DNA of 32,000 nt from an uncultured archaeon (GTDB lineage Archaea > Iainarchaeota > Iainarchaeia > Iainarchaeales > DATDZZ01): contig CAYJVY010000004.1 in assembly GCA_964373795.1 (NCBI GenBank), positions 30,001-62,000 of the forward strand. The letters are read 5' to 3'. A model generated the notes under the pieces. That model worked only from the letters and a program-made list of their open reading frames with translations. It made no database searches and had not been told where the DNA came from. How positions within the stretch are numbered: the first letter of the stretch is position 1; the number at the start of each line of letters is the position of its first letter. Of the stretch, positions 15,092 to 22,547 are shown in pieces. Made by a program: the position numbers and the translations under genes.

Positions 15092-15172
15092 TGTAGTTCA
15101 TATTGAACAACAAATATATAAATCTTTTGAATGCGGCAATATGTATAGAATAAAATTGATGGAGGTAAAAAA

Positions 15173-15331
15173 ATGCCTAAGGGATTTAATGAAAAAGCAA
15201 TTCAAGGTTTTACTCAATATATGGAAGCAATTTTGAGTAAAACAGGTTTAAATAAAATAAAAATTAAAGATTCTGTTGAATCTACTGAAAAACTTTTAAG
15301 GAAAGGGTTTCCTCAAATAAGAAAATACTAA
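15173..15331 (+). CDS. Hypothetical small protein (52 aa) with a strong Shine-Dalgarno site
   Basis: GGAGGT at 15161-15166 lies 6 nt before the ATG. The ORF is MPKGFNEKAIQGFTQYMEAILSKTGLNKIKIKDSVESTEKLLRKGFPQIRKY. It is not in the track. It replaces the track ORF 15042..15236, which overlaps the trmB start and has no SD. Confidence 0.5.
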   Translation: MPKGFNEKAIQGFTQYMEAILSKTGLNKIKIKDSVESTEKLLRKGFPQIRKY

Positions 15332-15361
15332 TGTACGACTGCGCTTTATAGAGGTGATAAA

Positions 15362-15571
15362 ATGAGTATTCTTGAAACAGTTCCGATTAGTGAAACAAAT
15401 ATAAAAATTGGTAAAAAGTTTAATAAAGTTGCTTTAGAAGGATTACTTAATTTCTTGGAAGCACTTTACGAAGATCTATTGTTCGATATAAAAAATGGTT
15501 TATCGCCAGTAGATGCAATTAAGAGTGAATTGCAAGAAATTAAACGGTTGAAAAGTGTTTGGCTTAAATAG
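15362..15571 (+). CDS. Hypothetical small helical protein (69 aa) with a strong Shine-Dalgarno site
   Basis: GAGGTGAT at 15351-15358 is an 8-nt match to the expected anti-SD complement, 3 nt before the ATG. No family is recognised. Confidence 0.55.
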   Translation: MSILETVPISETNIKIGKKFNKVALEGLLNFLEALYEDLLFDIKNGLSPVDAIKSELQEIKRLKSVWLK

Positions 15572-15636
15572 CTTTTACTTTTAAGTTTAATGCCTTTGTC
15601 AAGCTAATTTAAAGATTTCTGCATTAAAATTGTTTA

Positions 15637-18036
15637 ATGATTAAAAGAATTGTTTTAGAGAACTGGAAAAGCCACAAGCATTCTGAATTCGAATTCGATA
15701 AAGGAACAAATATTTTAGTTGGAGCAATTGGAGCTGGAAAAAGCAGTATAATGGATGCTATTTGCTTTGCTTTATTCGGAACTTATCCAATGCTTAACTC
15801 TAAAAAAATTGCTTTAGAAGAAACCATAATGCGCAAGCCAAACGAATGCGAATACGCAAAAGTATTACTAGAATTTCAATTCAAAGAAAAAAATTATTCA
15901 ATTGAAAGAATTATTACCAAAGGAAAAGCAAATCAAGCAAAACTTTTTCAAACAGGACAATTCATGGTTGGCCCAAAACCAACAGACGTAACTGAAAAGG
16001 TTGAAGAAATACTTGAATTAAATTATGAATTGTTTTCCAGAGCAGTTTACTCTGAACAAAACCAAATAGACTTTTTTTTAAAATTAAATCCAAGTCAAAG
16101 AAAAGAAAAATTTGACGATTTACTTGAATTAAAAAAATATGAAAGAGTTCGAACAAATTCTGTAAGCGTTGCAAACAGATTAAAAAAAATAATTGAGGAT
16201 AGAAAAAAACTCTTAAAAGAAGAAGAACTAAAATTAAATGAAAACGAATTAAGTTCACTAGAAGAAAAAATATTAGAAAAAAATGACTTACTAAATAAAT
16301 TGATTGAAGAAATAAATGCAAACGAAAAAAAAGTAATTGTTTTAGAACAACAAGTAAAAGAATTAGAAGAAAAATCAATTGAATTCTTTTTCTTAAAAGA
16401 ATTAAAAATCAAAACCCAAACAAAAATAAGTGAATCAATTAAATTCATTCAAGCAATTGAATCGGAAACCAATAAAAAACTTGAAGAATTAGAAGAACTA
16501 AAACTAAGCGAGTTAAAAAAAGAATTAGAAGAACAAATCCAAATCCAGAGCGAAAAAAAAGAAGAATTAATTAAATCAAAAAACCAATTAGAGCTAATTA
16601 ATAATAAAATTTTATTTCATTTACAGGAAAAAAAAACAAAGCTAAAAGAAGTTCCAAAAGAAATTGATTCAATTGAAAAACTTTTAAAGTTTATTCAAGT
16701 TTTAGAGGCAAGTGAACTAGAATTAAAAGAGTTTTTAAAAGAATTAAAATCTTTAATTGAAGCAAAACAGCAATCCTTGAATGAATTAATTCAAGAGGAA
16801 AGCATTAGCAAAGCTCTTTTAACTGAGACAGAAAAGCATTTGCATTCATTAGAAAATGCCCATTCAAAATGCCCTACCTGTAAAAAAGACTTGGATTTTG
16901 AAAGCCAAAAACAATTAATTAAAGAAAGCATTGAATTAGTTCAACACTTGAATCGAAAAATTCAAAATGCATTTAATTCAAAAACAAAAAATGAAAAAGA
17001 GTTAAATGAGTTGAAGAAAACAATTGGATTAAAAGAAAACGAATTACTTGAATTAAAGGAAAAAATAAATAAAACAAAAAGCTTAAGCAAAGTCTTTGAC
17101 TTAATTGAATTAGTCAATGTAGAAGTAAAAAAGCTAAGTGAGTTAAAGGAAAGCCAAGAAATCTTGATTTTGGGATTAAAAAACGAATTCCGCGAAGAAG
17201 AGTTGAAGGCTAAACAAAAAGAATTAAATGGTTTTGAAAAACTATTTAATGCATTACAGAAAAACACAGAAGTACAAGAATTAGAAAAAGAATTAAATTC
17301 TATAGAGAGAAGAATTGTTGAATTAAATTTCGATGAAAAAAATTTGAATGAATTTAAAAAAATATTTATTGAAGAAAAGGAAAGAAAAAATTCTCTTGAA
17401 AAACAAGTTAATTCAATAAAAGAATTAATTCAAGAAATTGGAAAAAATATTTATTCTATTAAGGATAGAAAAAAACAGTTAATTGAATTAAAAGAAAAAA
17501 ACAATTCAATGGAGTTAATGACTAACAAATTGAATTTATTTACAAATTCCTTAAAAGCAACTCAAGCAGAGTTAAGAGAATTATTAATTGATTCAATTAA
17601 TCAAGCAATGCAAGATATTTGGCCAAGAATTTATCCATACAAGGATTTTGTTAACATAAAAATTGAAATTCAGGAAGGAGATTATGAAATACTTGTTGAA
17701 GAAAAAAATGGGAAATGGATTAGAGTTGAAGGAATTTTAAGTGGAGGAGAAAGATCTGCAGTGGCATTAACTATTAGGATTGCGGTTTCATTAGTGTTAG
17801 CTCAAAATCTTTCATGGTTGATATTAGATGAACCAACACATAACTTGGATTCAGCTGCTGTAACAGAGTTAAGTAATTTAATGCGAGAACACTTGCCTGA
17901 ATTAGTTGAACAAATATTTGTAATAACTCATGACAAAGAAATGGAAAAAGCAGCTACTGGTTCACTATACTTTTTAGACAGAAATAAAAACGAAGAAGGA
18001 ATAACCAAGCCATTATTAGAGCAAATGGAAGGATAA
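15637..18036 (+). CDS. rad50: Rad50 DNA double-strand-break repair ATPase
   Basis: Walker A is GAIGAGKSSIMDAI, and the Q-loop region is YSEQNQ. Long K/E-rich coiled coils carry a central zinc hook, CPTC. The signature motif is LSGGERSAVALTIRIA, Walker B/D-loop is LILDEPTHNLD, and the H-loop is VITHD. Confidence 0.9.
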   Translation: MIKRIVLENWKSHKHSEFEFDKGTNILVGAIGAGKSSIMDAICFALFGTYPMLNSKKIALEETIMRKPNECEYAKVLLEFQFKEKNYSIERIITKGKANQAKLFQTGQFMVGPKPTDVTEKVEEILELNYELFSRAVYSEQNQIDFFLKLNPSQRKEKFDDLLELKKYERVRTNSVSVANRLKKIIEDRKKLLKEEELKLNENELSSLEEKILEKNDLLNKLIEEINANEKKVIVLEQQVKELEEKSIEFFFLKELKIKTQTKISESIKFIQAIESETNKKLEELEELKLSELKKELEEQIQIQSEKKEELIKSKNQLELINNKILFHLQEKKTKLKEVPKEIDSIEKLLKFIQVLEASELELKEFLKELKSLIEAKQQSLNELIQEESISKALLTETEKHLHSLENAHSKCPTCKKDLDFESQKQLIKESIELVQHLNRKIQNAFNSKTKNEKELNELKKTIGLKENELLELKEKINKTKSLSKVFDLIELVNVEVKKLSELKESQEILILGLKNEFREEELKAKQKELNGFEKLFNALQKNTEVQELEKELNSIERRIVELNFDEKNLNEFKKIFIEEKERKNSLEKQVNSIKELIQEIGKNIYSIKDRKKQLIELKEKNNSMELMTNKLNLFTNSLKATQAELRELLIDSINQAMQDIWPRIYPYKDFVNIKIEIQEGDYEILVEEKNGKWIRVEGILSGGERSAVALTIRIAVSLVLAQNLSWLILDEPTHNLDSAAVTELSNLMREHLPELVEQIFVITHDKEMEKAATGSLYFLDRNKNEEGITKPLLEQMEG

Positions 18037-18038
18037 AA

Positions 18039-18461
18039 TTGAATAGAATTCAATTATCTGGTTGTGCAATAATTCAAGAAGAAAAAATTCTTGCATTATT
18101 TAAAACCTCAAGAAAATACTTTGAACTCCCAGGAGGAAAAGTAGAAGCAAACGAATCACTTGAAGAGACAGCTAAAAGAGAATGCTTTGAAGAACTTGGT
18201 TGTAAAATTAAGTTAAAAAAATATTTAGGTAATTGGAAGTTTTCAATAGGCAAACAAAGATTTGCTTCACATACTTTTTCAGCTTCTTTTGAAAAAAATT
18301 GTAAACCAAAATTAATGGAGCCACATAAATTCAGTGAATTGAAATGGATTAAAATAAAAGAATTTAAAAAATTTAAATTAGCTCCAAACCTAAAACAATT
18401 TTGTAAAGATTATTTAAGTGGAAAATTGAGGCCGCTGCTCGGCGAGCGAACGACAGTTTAG
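18039..18461 (+). CDS. NUDIX hydrolase
   Basis: The Nudix box is GGKVEANESLEETAKRECFEELG. The TTG start is 3 nt after the rad50 stop. The last ~10 codons (RPLLGERTTV) are encoded by a short GC-rich hairpin-forming cluster. Confidence 0.85.
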   Translation: MNRIQLSGCAIIQEEKILALFKTSRKYFELPGGKVEANESLEETAKRECFEELGCKIKLKKYLGNWKFSIGKQRFASHTFSASFEKNCKPKLMEPHKFSELKWIKIKEFKKFKLAPNLKQFCKDYLSGKLRPLLGERTTV

Positions 18462-18470
18462 AAGTCTGAG

Positions 18471-19460
18471 TTAATTTAATATTCTTATTTTATATCCTTT
18501 CTCTTTTTGAGCTCTGTATTCATTAAATTCTTCTCCAAATTTTGAATCTAAATCGCTTACTTGCATTATTTTTCCTTCTTGTAAAAATTTGGGGTTAACT
18601 GCTCTGAATTTGGAGAATGCATGAAAATCGAATTCTTTTTCATTGAATACACGAACTGCATTAAATCTTGGAGAAAGCATTTTAATTTTTTCAAGTATTA
18701 AGGAATTGTTTGACTTAAGTAATTTGTTTAAAACAAATTCATCTGTTTCAAATAAATCTTTTTCAGTTAAAACTTTTTTCTCTAAAGCTTCTTTAATTGC
18801 TTCTGCAAGTATGTGATAGGCTGCTTCAAAAATTGGGTTGCTCCAAAAACCTTTATCTAAAGCCATGTAATCTAAAGCAAATTCTTTTGCGGAATAAAAG
18901 TCTTTGAAAACAAATTCGTTTTCAAAAACAGTTAAACTTGAAATAAAGTTGTGAACTCTTTTAACGGGTTTTTGAATGTCATGAATAATTGAGTGAAAAG
19001 AGTAGTCAAGTCTATCTGCACATAAATCAGGTAGATTTCTTTCCAGTAAACCAAAATTTTTTTCATTCAAAATTTCTTTAACATTAAATCCATGTTTTTC
19101 TAAAATTAAAGGAATATCTGATTGAAAAACAATTTTTTCTTTAAAATTTTCATGGGAGTTATGGTTTTTGTTTTCAAACACTACGTCAATTACATGAGAG
19201 AAAGCTGTATGTGAAACGTCATGCAGTAATCCAGCTACTTGTTCTTCTAAAGATGCATTAAATTTCCTCAACAGACAAAAAACACCTAAGGAATGATCAA
19301 ATCTACTGAAATCAGGGATTGAAAGAAGGAAATGTTGCACGCCGTTTTGGTTTATTTTTTTAAGTCTTTGCAAGGCAGTTGTTTCAAGTAATTCTAAAAC
19401 AACTGGTTCACTAATTTTTTTAATGCCATAAATTTCTTCAGTTAAACTCATAAAAAACAC
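18471..19460 (-). CDS. HD-domain metal-dependent phosphohydrolase (COG1078-like)
   Basis: The sequence LQRLKKINQ...FSRFDHSLGVFCLL...LLHDVSHTAFSHV shows the HD motif and an N-terminal pattern typical of this HD subfamily (COG number from memory). Confidence 0.75.
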   Translation of the reverse strand: MFFMSLTEEIYGIKKISEPVVLELLETTALQRLKKINQNGVQHFLLSIPDFSRFDHSLGVFCLLRKFNASLEEQVAGLLHDVSHTAFSHVIDVVFENKNHNSHENFKEKIVFQSDIPLILEKHGFNVKEILNEKNFGLLERNLPDLCADRLDYSFHSIIHDIQKPVKRVHNFISSLTVFENEFVFKDFYSAKEFALDYMALDKGFWSNPIFEAAYHILAEAIKEALEKKVLTEKDLFETDEFVLNKLLKSNNSLILEKIKMLSPRFNAVRVFNEKEFDFHAFSKFRAVNPKFLQEGKIMQVSDLDSKFGEEFNEYRAQKEKGYKIRILN

Positions 19461-19574
19461 TTTTAAACACTTTTTTAATCTACATAACCAGATTCTATTA
19501 ATATATAATATATATAAAATTAATATATTAATATATTTTTAATTCAATATATTTAGATTTTTTGGAGTGAATTT

Positions 19575-19922
19575 ATGGCTAAAAATTTGATTGCAGTTTT
19601 AGGTCAGGGAAAGGGTACTTGGGGGCATGTTGGAAGATTAATTTCTGAAGAACAGTGGGAAAAAATTCTTTTAATTTCAAATGAATGGGGTAAAGAAAAC
19701 TTTAAACCAACTAAAGAGGTTGAATGGATTTTGGTTAATACTCGTTCAGGATTTGAATCAATTAAGGATGAAGTTAAAGGAAAACTTCCTGAAGGAGATT
19801 TAGCTGTAAACCTTGTTTCAGGCAGTGGAAAAGAACACATGGCTTTAATTATTGCATTAAAAGAATCTGAAAAAAGCTTTGAATTAGTTATTTTAACTGG
19901 TGATGGAACAAAGTATTATTAA
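19575..19922 (+). CDS. Hypothetical 115-aa alpha/beta protein (weak resemblance to Rossmann-like CARF-type sensor cores)
   Basis: An SD-like ggagtga is upstream. IAVLGQGKGTW and NLVSGSGKEHMAL loosely resemble the beta1-Gly loop and the DxTGGTK-like motif of CARF/DUF1887-type domains. This resemblance is very tentative. Confidence 0.45.
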   Translation: MAKNLIAVLGQGKGTWGHVGRLISEEQWEKILLISNEWGKENFKPTKEVEWILVNTRSGFESIKDEVKGKLPEGDLAVNLVSGSGKEHMALIIALKESEKSFELVILTGDGTKYY

Positions 19923-19961
19923 GAAGTTTATTGCATTTTGTATTTAGTTAACGTGAAAAAA

Positions 19962-21011
19962 ATGAAACATTTTATTTCATTAAGTATTTTGGTTTTATTT
20001 TCCTTATTTTTAACTAGTAATGTAATTGCACAGTCTCAACCAGTTGAATCTAAAAGTGTTACTTGCAGCAATAGTGTTTGTGAAAGAACTACTATTGATT
20101 TAAAAATTGGGGAGGAAAAAACAACTACTATTAATGGAACAGGTTATAGATTTAAACTTGACAGAATAGTTAAAGTCCCTCGGAAAAGTATTTTAATTGA
20201 TGAAAATGGTAGTGAGAGAACCGAAGAATACTTTTCATACGATGTTTATGTAAGTGTAAATGGCAAGCCAGCAATTCTATCAGACAAAGTAAGTGAAGAA
20301 CTTGGTTTTGATGTTTCAATTAACTATAATTATGAAGAAGGAAAGGATCCTTCAACTATTTCAATTTATATTAGTGAAGACAAGGTTTGCATGGTTCCAG
20401 ACTGTGGATTTAGAGTTGAACATCAATTTCAAGAAAAATGGAATTTAGTTCCAGGTTATTTTTTTGTTTCAGAAGAAAAATTATTTAATAAAGGAACTTG
20501 TAGAGTTTCAGATTTTAAAGTAATTTGGGGATATAATAATATGAAAAGAGAGTACACTAAAGTTTTTTCTGGGCTTACAGCAAATTACTCTGACTTTAAA
20601 AAAGCATTTGAAAACCTTCAATCACTTCCTGGAAAGGATTCAAAATTGCTTTATTTAACTCCTTTGAATTCTTATTGGGTTTATTCAAAAAATAAATGCA
20701 GTCTTGTCTCTGAACTTCCATCAGCGTATGAAAACTTTATTTCATATTTTTCTTCAATGAATTCATCTACAAATTATAGTTTGCTTTCTGGATGGAATTT
20801 TTGGTTTGGTGATCAAGCAAATAAAGGAAAGCCTTTAGAAGAAATTAAAGGAACTTGTGAAATTGAAAAAGCTTACAAGTTTAATGCTTCAAACCAGCAA
20901 TGGGAGAAAACTTCAAGTGTTCCAGGATTTGAAGAAGCATTGCTTTTTAAAGCAAAAAATTCTTGCATGTTAAAAGAAAAAGAAACAATTCCTCCTTCCT
21001 TGCCTGTTTAA
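19962..21011 (+). CDS. Hypothetical secreted cysteine-rich protein
   Basis: The ATG at 19962 gives the signal peptide MKHFISLSILVLFSLFLTSNVIAQS. The mature part has at least 10 Cys. No family is recognised. The track start at 19938 (TTG) is less likely. Confidence 0.6.
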   Translation: MKHFISLSILVLFSLFLTSNVIAQSQPVESKSVTCSNSVCERTTIDLKIGEEKTTTINGTGYRFKLDRIVKVPRKSILIDENGSERTEEYFSYDVYVSVNGKPAILSDKVSEELGFDVSINYNYEEGKDPSTISIYISEDKVCMVPDCGFRVEHQFQEKWNLVPGYFFVSEEKLFNKGTCRVSDFKVIWGYNNMKREYTKVFSGLTANYSDFKKAFENLQSLPGKDSKLLYLTPLNSYWVYSKNKCSLVSELPSAYENFISYFSSMNSSTNYSLLSGWNFWFGDQANKGKPLEEIKGTCEIEKAYKFNASNQQWEKTSSVPGFEEALLFKAKNSCMLKEKETIPPSLPV

Positions 21012-21049
21012 ACAAAACAATTAAATTAAACTAATTCTTTAATCAGTTA

Positions 21050-21424
21050 ATGCTTGAATTATTAATTGCTGTTTTGAGTTTAGTTATTGGCATTCTATTA
21101 ATTGCTTTAATTCTTTTATTCAAAAAACTCAAATTCTTGGAACAAAAATTCAGCGAATTAAGTTTTGAAAAATCAAGTCAATCAGTTAAGTATGGAAAGC
21201 TTACAGAGCAATGGATTCCTTTCACTGAAAAATTTCCTTTCAATCCACAAGACTTTCATTTTCTTGGCAATCCAATTGATGGAGTAGTGTTTGATGAAAA
21301 CAAAATTGTTTTCACTGAATTCAAAACCAATACTTCTCAGTTAAGTGAAAAACAAAAACACATTAAAGAATTAGTTAAAAACAAGCAAATTGAATGGCTG
21401 GAATTCAAAATTCGCGAACAATGA
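21050..21424 (+). CDS. Membrane-anchored endonuclease related to the archaeal Holliday-junction resolvase (PF10107/COG4741-like)
   Basis: The N-terminal TM helix is LLIAVLSLVIGILLIALILLF. The remainder, GKLTEQWIPFTEKFPFNPQDFHFLGNPIDGVVFDENKIVFTEFKTNTSQLSEKQKHIKELVKNKQIEW, matches the family pattern as I recall it from memory. Confidence 0.65.
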   Translation: MLELLIAVLSLVIGILLIALILLFKKLKFLEQKFSELSFEKSSQSVKYGKLTEQWIPFTEKFPFNPQDFHFLGNPIDGVVFDENKIVFTEFKTNTSQLSEKQKHIKELVKNKQIEWLEFKIREQ

Positions 21425-21439
21425 GCTTCTATACACAAG

Positions 21440-22495
21440 TTATTTAATTTTATATCTTAGAAAAGCTGCAATGCCGCTTAAATTATGTAATTGTTTTCCG
21501 GCTTCGTGTTCATGAGAAATAATGTGTATTTGGCCTTTCATTGATTCAACTGCATTCATTATTTTTTCTACTTCAACTCTGTTTTGTGAAAGAAATTTAT
21601 CAGTTACAAGCAATTCTTGAACTGCTCCGAATTCAACTGCTTTTTCCACTTCATTTAAACCATATTCAATTAATCCTGAATTTTTTCCAAGTTCTTGGAA
21701 AACTTTTTCAATTAACTTTGTTTCTTTAACTATTTCCATTTCTTGAATTGCTTTATCAGTTATTCCGCTTTTCAATAATTCATTTAAACCTGTTTCTCCA
21801 ACTGAATTAATTGATTCAAACAAGAAATTCAATTTCAAATGCGAAGCTTTTTTTTCCAGAAAATCTTTAAATTCGTCTTTAGTGAATCCGGGGCCTGCAA
21901 TAATTATTTTATTTAATTCAGTTCCTTTAATTTTTTCTAAAATTTCTTCAAAGAATTTTTGGCTTGGCTCGGATTTAAATCGTTTTCCTTGCTTGCCTGA
22001 AAAAATTGTTACTTTAGGTTCTAAGCCAAAATCACTTAAGTTAGCAATGTCTGCTTGTTCGTCATCTAAAACAATTACAAGCATTTTAGGTTTTTTCATT
22101 GAAGATTCAGCTTTTTTTAATCTATCAATTTGATATTGCCTTAATTCTTTTTTTTGAATAACTATTTTTTCTCCTAAATTCACTTGAATTGAGTGATGAG
22201 ACTTTAATTCAATTAATTCTTCTGGTTTTCCGCCAACAATTATTCCTGCTAAACGCATTAATCCATTAAATTTGCTGTAATTAATTTCTTTTAATTCAAT
22301 ATCTAAATACATTGAAATTTTTTCTGCTTGTTGGCCGACAGTTTTTGCTTTAATTTTTCTCTCAGTTTTCGCGCTAACAATGTCTCCTTTTTCAAGTATT
22401 TTTTCTAAATGCCATAAATCATCTAAAACTTGTGGCACTAAAATTAATTTGTTTTCTTTTTTATCAATTTTTAATATTTTCATTAACCAATTCAT
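21440..22495 (-). CDS. pelA: Pelota (aPelota/Dom34) ribosome-rescue factor
   Basis: MKILKIDKKENKLILVPQVLDDLWHLEKILEKGDIV is followed by central and eRF1-like C-terminal domains. The true start may be the second ATG at 22483. Confidence 0.9.
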   Translation of the reverse strand: MNWLMKILKIDKKENKLILVPQVLDDLWHLEKILEKGDIVSAKTERKIKAKTVGQQAEKISMYLDIELKEINYSKFNGLMRLAGIIVGGKPEELIELKSHHSIQVNLGEKIVIQKKELRQYQIDRLKKAESSMKKPKMLVIVLDDEQADIANLSDFGLEPKVTIFSGKQGKRFKSEPSQKFFEEILEKIKGTELNKIIIAGPGFTKDEFKDFLEKKASHLKLNFLFESINSVGETGLNELLKSGITDKAIQEMEIVKETKLIEKVFQELGKNSGLIEYGLNEVEKAVEFGAVQELLVTDKFLSQNRVEVEKIMNAVESMKGQIHIISHEHEAGKQLHNLSGIAAFLRYKIK

Positions 22496-22547
22496 GCGTT
22501 GAAACTTTTTTAAAGTGCTGTGAAACTAAAATATATTATCAATTGAA

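Noticed and set aside
15042-15236. Track ORF 15042..15236 (+, 64 aa).
   Set aside because: It overlaps the trmB start codon region on the other strand and has no SD site. It is out of frame with the SD-led 52-aa ORF (15173..15331), which better explains the coding potential.
15962-17267. Antisense ORFs lie inside rad50 (15962..16378, 16095..16448, 16962..17267).
   Set aside because: The coiled-coil region is AAA/GAA-rich, so the opposite strand is TTT/TTC-rich and free of stop codons. The products are Phe/Leu/Ser low-complexity strings. These are artefacts.
15637-18036. The long SMC-like ATPase next to NUDIX and HD genes might be a Lamassu/Wadjet-type defence ATPase rather than Rad50.
   Set aside because: It has the central CxxC zinc hook (CPTC), the Rad50-type N-terminal pattern, and LSGGE, D-loop and H-loop motifs at a canonical ~800-aa length. 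No recognisable effector (Cap4 or other nuclease, or a kleisin-like partner) is adjacent. Housekeeping Rad50 is the more parsimonious call.
19496-19544. The 49-bp pure A/T tract with three TTAATATAT copies might be a replication origin unwinding element.
   Set aside because: It is a short divergent promoter region between the HD gene and the 19575 gene. There are no ORB-like boxes and no initiator gene nearby. Multiple TATA boxes are a sufficient explanation.
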